Shown here: positions 32,601 to 41,968 of the stretch, piece by piece
How positions within the stretch are numbered: the stretch's first letter is position 1
How the letters are laid out: each line of letters opens with the position of its first letter
Assembly (NCBI RefSeq): GCF_000142905.1
Contig: NW_013657676.1
Location: 186,001-250,000, forward strand
DNA: 64,000 nt
Reading direction: 5' to 3'
Source of the DNA: Thecamonas trahens ATCC 50062
Lineage: Eukaryota; Protista; Apusomonadida
Translations under genes and position numbers: made by a program
The notes under the pieces: model-generated
Seen by the model: only the letters and a program-made list of their open reading frames with translations
The model's database searches: none
What the model was told of the DNA's origin: nothing

Positions 32601-35600
32601 TTGCTCAGACACGCCGTCGTTGCCGGCCCGACTCGCGTGAACCCGGCATTGCAGCTGTAGCTCGCCACATCTCCCGTCACCCCGGTCGTCAGTGAGACCG
32701 CGCCGTGGTTCGGCGCCACAAGGCCGGGCGTGCACGACAGCGCATTGCACACCGGATCCGATCCGGTCCAGCTTCCGTCGGCCTGACACGTCCGCGTGCT
32801 CGAGCCCGACAGACTGTACCCCACATTGCAGGCGTAGCTCTGCGACTCGCCTGTCGATCCAATCGTCCCGCTCACCGTGCCAAACGCCGGTGCGCTCAGT
32901 GCCGGTGTGCAGCTTCCGCCAACACACGCCTGGTCGAGCGGCGCCGACCAGCTCCCGTTGTTGAAGCACGTGATCGACGACATCCCGCTGAGCGTGAATC
33001 CGGGCGAGCACGAGAACGACACAACCGTGCCTGACACATTGGCGGCCGTTGAGATCGCCCCATTTGCAGGCGCGCTCACCGCAGGACACGTCACTGGCGT
33101 CACACATGCCGGCGGGCCAAGCAGCCCAGGTGCGCACGTCACGCAGTTTGCTGCGTCGCCGGAACACGTGGCACATGCCGGTGCACAGCTCGCGCACGAC
33201 CACGACAGATCGCTCCATGCCTGCGACGACTGGCACGTCCGCGACGCTGGCCCGACCAGAAAGTACCCGTCGTTACACGATGCGCTCCCGCACACGTCGT
33301 CCACCTTGCGGTCGCACGGTGCACCAGACAGCGCCCCGTTGACTGGCGCAGACAGCGCGGGACACCACGGATCGACCTTGGACACACACTCATCGCCGAT
33401 TGTGTACCCGCCCACACACGTGTTGCAGTTGGTCGGCTGCCCCGCCTCGCACGTCGCGCAGTTGCCCGAGCACTGTGTGCAAATCGGCATCGAGCCCGAC
33501 CAGCTCCCATCGCTCTGGCACGTCCGGCTAGTTGAGCCCACAAGCGTGAACCCACCGTTGCACGAGAACGCCGCACTTCCACCCACCGTCCGCACCAGCG
33601 AGTCAAGCGTCCCGTCCACCGGTGCCGCCTGGCTCGGACAAAAGTCCGGAATCGCATCGCACGACTGGTCGTTCGTCCCGGTCCACGCCTGGCTCACCGA
33701 GCACGTCCGCGACGCCGTCCCGCTCAGCGAATAGCCCGAGTTGCAGCCAAACGTCACCACATCACTCGTGCTCCCGGTGTATCCGGGCGTCGCATAGCCG
33801 TTGGCAATCGGCGCAAGCACCGGGCACGGCAGCGGTTGGCATGTCGGCGCTGTCGAGCTCCACACCTGGTTCACCTGACACGTCCGCGACACCACCCCCG
33901 ACAGCGAGTATCCCGAGTTGCACGAGTACGTCGCCACGTCCTCGACCTTGCCACCCGTCGTGATCGAGACTCCGCCGTTGGTCGGCACCGTCAGCGTCGG
34001 GCACGGCAGCGGATTGCACACCTGGTTGGCGAGGCCAGACCAGCTTCCGCTCGTCTGGCACGTCCGGCTTGCGTCGCCCGTCAGCGAGAACCCGGCCTCA
34101 CAGGAAAACGTTGACGTCTGTCCGGTCACGCCCGTCGTCGATGACACAGACCCTCGCGACGGCGGCGAGAGCGTCGGCGAGCACGCCGCCGGTACACACG
34201 ACGGGTCCGATCCAGTCCACGCCTGGTTCGCCTGGCACGTCCGCGACGGCGAGCCTGAGAGTGTATAGCCCTGGTTGCACGAGTACGTGCAAGTGTCGTC
34301 GGTGCTGCCTGTGGTGCACGAGACTGCGCCGTTGGTGGGATGCGTCAGATCAGGCGAGCACGCGCCGGCCGCGCACACCTGGTCGTTGAGGTTTGACCAC
34401 GCGCCAGTCGACTGGCACGTCCGTGTGGACGAGCCCGAGAGGGTAAAGCCCGAGTTGCACGAGAACGTGATCATGTCGCCGGTGTTGCCCGTCGCTGAGG
34501 AGACGGCTCCGTTGGCGGGTGAGGACTGTGGCGGCGAGCACGGGTTCGGGTTGCACACTTGATCGTTCGAGTTGGACCAGGTGCCGTCGGTGAGGCACGT
34601 CCGCGACGGCGATCCGACGAGCGTGTAGCCTGCGTTGCAAGAAAAGGTCGACGTGTCGCCAGTGCTGCCGATCGTAGATGAGACGATGCCGTTGGTCGGC
34701 GCGACCAGGCTTGGCGAACACGGATTCGGGGTGCAGACCTGGCCAGGAGAGTTGGACCATGTGCCGGAGCTGAGGCATGTCCGCGACGACGAACCGCCGG
34801 TGAGGGTAAAGCCGGGGTTGCACACAGCAGTACTGGTGTCGAGGCGGTAGCCAGAGGCTGATGGCGACCAGACACCGTTAGAGAAGGAGGCAAGCGTCGG
34901 GCAGCGGATGTAGTAGTACCAGTTGAAGGAGAAGCCCTGGCCGATGGTGCGGCCATCTGTGACAAACTTGACGTGGGCAGCGGAGGACGATGTGAGATAG
35001 GGCGACCCTGTTGGGATGGTGGTGCCAGCATGCTGTCTCAGGAGCGGCCCGTAGTCATCGACAGCGTCATAGATCCATACAAAGTCGTAGCCAGCCTCGG
35101 TGTTGAACGAGGTAAAGTCGAGGACTATGAGGCCAGCGGCAGCAAAGTTGAACGTCCACGAGCAACTCTGTAGATTGGTGTAAGCATTGTTGACAAAGGG
35201 GGCGACGGTGCCGGCCACGCCGGACGAGACCACCACTGCACCGTCACATGACGAGCATGTGGGGAAGGGCGAGGAGACCGTGAAGCCGGTGCTCTGGTAG
35301 AGATGGCTGTTGGCGGCGTCGAAAAAGTACGAAGTGGTGAGGGCGGTGGAGAAGGGCGAGGACAGGATGGCATCGGGCACAAAGCCGTAGTTGTGAGCAA
35401 GTGGATAACCTGAGGTGAGACCGGTCACCTCGTGGAACTCGTACATGAGCGAGCCTTTGTACACATAGATCAGGTCGCCCGACCAGCGCTCGATGGCGTC
35501 GATGTAGTTGGGCAGCTCCGAGTTGAAGCCAAAGTCGATGGTCTTGGGGTAACCAGCATCGACGCCAACACTGCTCGAGTAGCGCCAGTACTGGGTGCCC

Positions 35601-35934
35601 TTGAAAAGTAGAACTTGGAGTTCGAGGTGTACGCCACAGCAGCGTCAAGATCGTTGGGAACGCCTGGGAAGCCGGAGCTAATGCTTTGCGGCATCGACAA
35701 GGTAATCCGCCGCAGGTCGCCGCGGTACTGCCAGAACTGTGAGCCACGAAAGATGAACTGTGTGTTCTCCACTGTCGACGTCGGGTTGCCCTTGAGTGCT
35801 GCATCATAAGGATACGGAATGCCGCAAAGGTACAGTGGTTCGCCAGTAGGCGCGTCGGCTGCCAATACGCTGACATTGCCGAGTGCGACCATGAGCGCGG
35901 CGATTGCACATGCCACATGCACGAGCCAAGACAT
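29624..35934 (-). CDS. ~2100-aa receptor-like protein: signal peptide, hemopexin repeats, CUB, 14 Sushi/CCP, 2 furin-like, 2 filamin/Ig-like, GCC2/3-type Cys-rich, multi-TM; -1 frameshift at ~35604-35607
   Basis: Hemopexin FIFRGSQFWQY, GFPGVPNDLDAA, YF(F)KGTQYWRY..GYPK; CUB YTNLQSCSW..LDFTSFNTEAGYDFVWIYD..FVTDG..QGFSFNW; 14 units of C..P.NG..C..G(Y/F).L.G...RTC....WS; filamin ASGPGL..FVVTARDQFGN; TM core KYGFLVARF..YLFE..RK, RPY..HNKL. Confidence 0.85.
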
Positions 35935-37218
35935 GATCAATGGGTAACGCACCTCAGGATAGACACTGAGTAAGCTAGATCTCCTTCAATTAGCAGCACA
36001 CACTTCCAGCTGCTTGCGTTAGGTCAAGTCGACGGGGTGCGTGAGTCGCTGGAGTGCTTGGAGGGAGGTGGTGGCGGGGGAGGTGAATATTGGACAGACA
36101 GATTTTTTTCCCGTCGTGGCACCACCACCACGGCTCCACCACCCCCACCACCACCAACGAGGCGCGAAAAAGGTACTTCGGCCCAGCAACAGCTCGATGC
36201 TCCACGTCGTTCTTGGACAGCAAGAACTGGGCTCGCTCCACTCTCTGCGCCTCTCCATCACACCCAGCCCCATGCCTACCGCGCGGAGGGGCATCCAATT
36301 TGACAGCGTGGAATCTCTGCCGAACGTTGGTTGTGCGGCACAGAATTGGCTCTTGGCATTGACGACAGGGCAGGGAGCATGTCGAGGTTGTGATGGAGGA
36401 TTTGGCGGGGATGCAGATAATGGCGGAGGGGAACAGAGGAGGCACAGAGGAGGGAGAGGGAAGGGGGAGGGAGAAGGGGGATGGCAGGGAGTGGGTTCGG
36501 ATCTGTTGTTGGCCATGGAAATCGGTTTGAGATTGTTCACTTTTGGTTGGAGGGCAGCAACGGGATGGATACACGGCCGTAGCATGTAATAGATGGCCTT
36601 ATCAGAGTAGTTAAGGAGTCTATTGCGTAGCACTCGTGCCATGCAAGCTCTGTATGTAGCACTGTCTGGAGGGAGAGGGGAGGAAGTGATGCACAAGTTG
36701 CATCAGATGGCTGTCCGCTACGAAAAAACATGATCACCCAAATGCCTCTTTGCCACTCGACCACCATGGCACACCTGCAGGTATCGTCTGCATCACATCC
36801 CAGGTAAATATGAATGAGTCCTCCTTCAGCAGCAGCTGAAGGTAGTGGGGGAAGTCAACAAGCCGCTTCTCCTTGCACTGATGCTCGGTTGCGATGGACG
36901 GATCGAGCCAGGAGTCAATGACGCCTGGAGCCGTACGTATGCAAGCAGACCATTCGCGCGGCTGTGATGACGCTCGCTCCCAGCTTGAAACCTCGCATCC
37001 ATCGATGCCGAATAGACAGTGCAAGGTACAGCATCACTAACAGGCCTGAAGCTAGCCACAAAGACATACCATCGCTGCGTGTGATCTCCGCCACCTTGCA
37101 CATCGCGCCCTTTTCTACCGACCGACGGTTAGCGGACTGTTGTTTGCGATGCCACGTTCCATCGCTCACACACGCGCCCTCCCCCCCCCATCACCTCACC
37201 CTACCCTTTGTCAGGCAC

Positions 37219-38496
37219 ATGGCGTACCAGTGGCCGTCTGACTCGGGCTCGGACAGTGAGTCAAGTTACGACGACTCGTCGGCACCCGAGGCGCTGGAGA
37301 CGGAGGAGCTGACGGCGGAGCAGGCGGCGCAGCTGGCGTTGGCGGCGGCGGTGTCGGAGGGCCAGACCGGGAAGGCACTGGCGGATGCGGTGGAAGCGGT
37401 GCCGCAGCCGCCGGGCGTCAACTATGCGATTCTTCTTCCGCCGCTGCCCGAGGCCGACGAGTTGTATGCGAGAGGTCACGCGGTGATGGCGACGCCGCTG
37501 GGAGCGGCTGCGCGTGAGGCTGCGCTCGAGACGCTCGCAGCCCTGCTGGCGGCCGGCGCCGACGATCTGGCGGTCGATGGCGTGCGCCCGGCGCTTGTGT
37601 GGGCAGCGTGGGCCCGATCCAAGCCCACTGTGGAAGCTCTGCTTGCGGCTGCTGGCGATCGGTACCCGCGCGAGGTGCTGGGCGAGGCTGCGTGCGCGGC
37701 GGTGCGTGTGGCGGCGACCGAGGTGCTCGCGTTGCTTGCACAGCGGCTGGCGGCGACGGCCGGCCCGGCACTGGTGCCGTCCAAGGCGTGCGGGATGTGC
37801 GACAGGGCAGCAGCTGATGTTGTTGTCTTTGCGCTTCGCCGCGGTCAGATCGAGGCTGCGCGCCAGGTGGTTGCTGCTGCGGCGCGGGCAGGACATGGAG
37901 CGGCGGCGACGTCGCTCTACGAGCTGGCGCTCATGGTGCCTGGCGGGTCCAAGGTGGCGGCATCTGTGGTGACCAAGCTCTTTCTCTCGTACGGGGTGTA
38001 TGCGGCGGGAGTATGCACGCGTGTGCAGGGCGACTCGCCGCTCAATATTGCCTTTCTTGCCAACGACGCGGCGCTGCTGACGGCGCTGCTCGACGCCGGC
38101 GCTGCGCCCGCCATTGGGCTTGCGCTCCTCCCGTCCGACTTTCGGACGGCCGAGCAGCGCGACGAGGTCATGGCGCTCATCGAGAGCACGCCGCCCTCAA
38201 CGCGCCAGGCGGTGCTTGGCGACCGGCTCGAATACTCTGAGTTTATGGTGGCTGCGGGCAACATGTGCCAGGCGGCGGTCAACGCGCAGGCGATCGGCTG
38301 GCGGCCCGAGACGCACTGCGCGTTTCCGCGGGCTGTCCGCGAGGCCATTGCCACCGTGCTTGTTCTTGCGCGGGCGACCAAGGGTGCGGGCGGGCGGTTC
38401 GTGTACGTGTACAAGGACGCCGGCTTTGCGCAGCTCCCAACCGAGCTGCTGTTCACCATCTTTAACTTTGTGGCGCACGAGTGGCCGCAGGGCTAG
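37219..38496 (+). CDS. ankyrin-repeat protein with C-terminal F-box-like motif
   Basis: TPLGAAAREAALETLAALLAAGAD, PALVWAA, SPLNIAFLANDAALLTALLDAGA; C-terminal WRPETHCAFP..FAQLPTELLFTIFNFV. Confidence 0.7.
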   Translation: MAYQWPSDSGSDSESSYDDSSAPEALETEELTAEQAAQLALAAAVSEGQTGKALADAVEAVPQPPGVNYAILLPPLPEADELYARGHAVMATPLGAAAREAALETLAALLAAGADDLAVDGVRPALVWAAWARSKPTVEALLAAAGDRYPREVLGEAACAAVRVAATEVLALLAQRLAATAGPALVPSKACGMCDRAAADVVVFALRRGQIEAARQVVAAAARAGHGAAATSLYELALMVPGGSKVAASVVTKLFLSYGVYAAGVCTRVQGDSPLNIAFLANDAALLTALLDAGAAPAIGLALLPSDFRTAEQRDEVMALIESTPPSTRQAVLGDRLEYSEFMVAAGNMCQAAVNAQAIGWRPETHCAFPRAVREAIATVLVLARATKGAGGRFVYVYKDAGFAQLPTELLFTIFNFVAHEWPQG

Positions 38497-38507
38497 TTAG
38501 GCGACAC

Positions 38508-41500
38508 CTACGAGTCGTCGTCGCTCGAGCCTGAGTCTGAGCCCGAGTCCGAGCCCGAGTAGGCCGAGGCGTGGCCGTTTTCGCTCGCGAGCATGGCGTT
38601 CCAGGCGTCGTCTGGGTGATCAAGCTCTGTTACGTGTGGCACAATGAACCATGTGGGAAGCTTGTCGCTCGCTGGGGCGAGGGTAGCAGCGGCCCTGAAG
38701 GCGAGCGGGTCGTCGATGACAATGTACGGCTTGCCCGTGGCCGGATCGACGCCGGGCGGCGGCGGCGGACCGACCGACGAGGCGGCGGCGTGGACGCGGA
38801 CCGAGAGCTTGCGACGGAGCGGCGACGCCGGGTCGAGGACCTTGGTGGCAAAGGCGAGGAGCGAGGAGCGGGTAATGGCGGCGAGATGAGCGACTTCGAC
38901 GTGCGGACGGTCAAAGAGATACTCGAGCGAGGAGAGCTCGCCCCAGACGCGGGCGCCTGCAGCGACGAGCGAAGTCTTCTTCTTGAGAGTGAGGGCGGCG
39001 AGCGAAGCGAGATTTGTCTCGAGCTCGTCTTGCGTCAGGTTGGGCAGGACGTTGCCAAGAAAGTCAGCAAGGAAGGCCTCGATGGCGGCGTCGACCTCGG
39101 GCGCCGAGGCGGCAGAGCCCTGAACCGAGAAGCGGAGGCGCGAGACGCGGCCGGCGCCCGAGACACCGACGCTCACGGTGTAGCCAAGCTGCTGTTCTGT
39201 CCGCAGCTTGGTGAAGAACCGCTCGTCGAGGAGCTGGACAAGGAGGTCGACAAATGCGTTGGCCTCTTGCGATTGAACGCTGACCTCATAGACGTTCATG
39301 ACCGCTGACTGGATGTTGACCGGGTCGGGCGACAGCCGCTCGAGGACCCAGGGGCCCGCCGGGCCTGCAGCGAGAAGCGGCGAGCGGAAGGCTGGGAAGC
39401 ACGAGCGCGGCAGCGGGACAAAGTTGTCGAGAAGGCTCGCGATGCGGGCCGACTCGGTCCGGGCCCGCGAGGCGGTAAAGTTGCCGTGGACGTAGAGAGT
39501 GGCGGCAGCCGACGAGGTGCGGACGCTGGTGACAAAGGCGGCAAACGAGTCGTAGGTCAGCGAAGCAAGGGCGCGCCGGTACTCGGTAATCTCCCACTTG
39601 AAGCTCGAAATGGCAATGTCGTGAAGGTTGCGGGCGAGCGGGAGTGGCTCGCCTAGGCCGGCGTTGGCCAGCGAGCGGCCGATGATTTCGCGGAACATGA
39701 CGAAGCGGCCCTTGGAGAGCTCCTCGTTCGCAATGGCCTCGACGAGGACCGAGAGCAGGTCAAAGAGCTTGTGCGAGTAGCCCGAGACGCTGACGGCGAT
39801 GCCCTCGGTGACGTGCGATAGCGAGAAGGAGAGGCCGGCCACGGATGCCGGGTACACAATGCTGATGAGCGCGTCGGCAAGGAGCGCCATCCACAGCCGC
39901 ATACACACGGCGGCGTGCGGCGAAATGGTGGCGAGAGGGAGGCGAAGGCGGAGCTTGATGAGGCCCTTGGGAACACGGAACTCGGTATCGGTCTTGTGCC
40001 ACACCTCCCATCCGGTGCGCCACACAAGGAGGCTCGGCGGCGCGGTGTCGAGGACCTCGCCAGACTCTGCGGCAGCGAGGATGGGCGGGAGCGGGTCGGC
40101 GGGAGTGGGGAGTGGGCGAGCGGGAGGAGGGAGCGGCGGCGGCGACGCCTCGGGCTCGCACAGTGCAAAGTCCGTGGCAATAAACGCGTTCGGCTGAGGG
40201 AGGGCGAGGTCCCACGAGGCTGCGGCATCGACGGCCGAGGCCGAGGCCCACGAGGCGACAACGTCGGGCGCGGCGGTGGGGAGCGAGATGGCGGCGTAGT
40301 CGACGTCGTACCACGGCTCGTGAGAGGCGAGCGGGGCGGCAAAGACAGCCGGCCAGGCAGCGGAGGCGTTGGGGCCGTAGGCGGCCGGCAAGTCCTTGGC
40401 CTTGCAGAGAATGATCGAGTTTTCGGGAATGAGGGCGTCGAGGAGAGTGGCGAGGCCGTCCGGGTCAAACGCCGGTGCGTACTCGTAGGGGCCAGAGATA
40501 ACGGCGTCGATGGGGAGCTCGTGCATGGCCTCGGCAAGCGAGCGGACCCACTTGACGGCACGGACTTCGGACTTGTGGGCAAACTGAGTGGCGTCAAGCG
40601 AGACCTTTTCGTCCCAGATCCAGGACGGGAGCGGATGGGCGTGGCGGAGGAGGGCAAGGTAGGCGTAGAGGGCGGCGACGACGTCAAAGACGTGAGCAAA
40701 GCCGAGCGAGGTCAGCTCCATCTCGACCGAGAAGAAGCAAAAGTCTGCCGTCTCGGTGTCGACGCCAGCGGAGAGCGACTTGAGCCAGCCGCGGGCAGAA
40801 AGGGCGGCGTAGATCGAGCCCTCGCCCTCGTGGCCGACGAGGTGGCCGATGAGCTCATGCGGCTTGGTGTCGTTGAGGCCGCGGACGGACGGCCACTGCC
40901 AAATGACTTCGAGCGTGTACATCGACTTGAGCGTGGCGACGGAGAGCAGCAGCGGGCGCTGGTGCTGAGGCGCGTCCGGGGCGAGGAGGGCCGGGTCGAA
41001 GCGCGGTGGCGGAGTGTGCATGTTAGGGACGTCGGCAAAGGAGGCGGCAATGGCGTCGACAAGAACCGGCAGCGGCTCAGCGCCGTAGACGACGAGGCGC
41101 ATGAGGTTGGCCGAGTACCACTTGGCGTGAAAAGCCATGAGCTCGGCGCGAACGTCAACGCCTGTGGCGGCCGGCACCTCCTCGAGTGAGACGACGTTGC
41201 CGCAGTCAAAGGCCGAGTACGGGTGGGTCGAACCGGTGCAGGCCTTGACGACTTGGACGGCACGGATGTCGTCGTCGACGTACTCCTCGTTGAACTCTTC
41301 GTCGATGGCGTGGAGCTCGCGGGCGGTGGCCGAGGCCGAGAACTTGGGCGCGACAAAGAACTGGGCAAAGACGTCGAGGACCTCGATCATGTGGTCGGCG
41401 TCGACACCAAAGTAGTACTCGGTATTCTCGCGGGAGGTCGAGGCGTTCTCCTCGCCGGCGCGCGAGGCGACAAGCCCGGCGTAGTACGACTCGTCGGGGT

Positions 41501-41801
41501 ACTTTGCGGTGCCGAGGAACAGCATGTGCTCGCAAAAGTGGGCGAGACCTGGGACGGCCTGGGGGTCAGAAAAGTAGCCCACGTTGACATTCATCGCCGC
41601 CGCGCCCATCTTGGTCCCAGGCCGCGAGACAGCGATGACTTGCAGCCCGTTGCTCAGCTCAAACGCAGCATACTCGCCCTTGTCCGCTGGGAATGTCCGC
41701 GGAGTGACCAGCGGCGTGGCTCCCGGGATCCGGCTCGCCGGGTGCTCCTCCGGCCCCTTGGCCACGCCCAGCAGCCTTCTCGGGGGCAGTGAGTCTGCCA
41801 T
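38508..41801 (-). CDS. IDE: insulin-degrading enzyme / insulysin (peptidase M16A)
   Basis: LSNGL, VGYFSDP..PGLAHFCEHMLFLGTAKYP (HxxEH), LVGHEGEGS, EPWY, LPQPNAFI, FRVPKG, FTKLRTEQQLGY. Confidence 0.93.
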   Translation of the reverse strand: MADSLPPRRLLGVAKGPEEHPASRIPGATPLVTPRTFPADKGEYAAFELSNGLQVIAVSRPGTKMGAAAMNVNVGYFSDPQAVPGLAHFCEHMLFLGTAKYPDESYYAGLVASRAGEENASTSRENTEYYFGVDADHMIEVLDVFAQFFVAPKFSASATARELHAIDEEFNEEYVDDDIRAVQVVKACTGSTHPYSAFDCGNVVSLEEVPAATGVDVRAELMAFHAKWYSANLMRLVVYGAEPLPVLVDAIAASFADVPNMHTPPPRFDPALLAPDAPQHQRPLLLSVATLKSMYTLEVIWQWPSVRGLNDTKPHELIGHLVGHEGEGSIYAALSARGWLKSLSAGVDTETADFCFFSVEMELTSLGFAHVFDVVAALYAYLALLRHAHPLPSWIWDEKVSLDATQFAHKSEVRAVKWVRSLAEAMHELPIDAVISGPYEYAPAFDPDGLATLLDALIPENSIILCKAKDLPAAYGPNASAAWPAVFAAPLASHEPWYDVDYAAISLPTAAPDVVASWASASAVDAAASWDLALPQPNAFIATDFALCEPEASPPPLPPPARPLPTPADPLPPILAAAESGEVLDTAPPSLLVWRTGWEVWHKTDTEFRVPKGLIKLRLRLPLATISPHAAVCMRLWMALLADALISIVYPASVAGLSFSLSHVTEGIAVSVSGYSHKLFDLLSVLVEAIANEELSKGRFVMFREIIGRSLANAGLGEPLPLARNLHDIAISSFKWEITEYRRALASLTYDSFAAFVTSVRTSSAAATLYVHGNFTASRARTESARIASLLDNFVPLPRSCFPAFRSPLLAAGPAGPWVLERLSPDPVNIQSAVMNVYEVSVQSQEANAFVDLLVQLLDERFFTKLRTEQQLGYTVSVGVSGAGRVSRLRFSVQGSAASAPEVDAAIEAFLADFLGNVLPNLTQDELETNLASLAALTLKKKTSLVAAGARVWGELSSLEYLFDRPHVEVAHLAAITRSSLLAFATKVLDPASPLRRKLSVRVHAAASSVGPPPPPGVDPATGKPYIVIDDPLAFRAAATLAPASDKLPTWFIVPHVTELDHPDDAWNAMLASENGHASAYSGSDSGSDSGSSDDDS

Positions 41802-41960
41802 GTGTGTAGGGTGGTGAGGGGTGTTGCGCGGTGTTTCTTTTTCTTTCCTTCTTTCTCTCTCTCTCTCTCTTTGTGTGTGGTGGTGGTGGTGGTGGTGGTG
41901 GTGGTGGTGCGGTGCTCGAGTGTTGGTCAATGTGTGATGGGGCAGTGGCGTCGAGCACCA

Positions 41961-41968
41961 TCCGCAGC
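41961..41968 (+). repeat. left 8-bp target site duplication TCCGCAGC
   Basis: Identical to 44713-44720. Confidence 0.95.

Noticed and set aside
32200-34910. ~180-bp periodic repeats that could be mistaken for a CRISPR array or satellite
   Set aside because: They are in-frame Sushi domain repeats; no cas genes; eukaryotic context.
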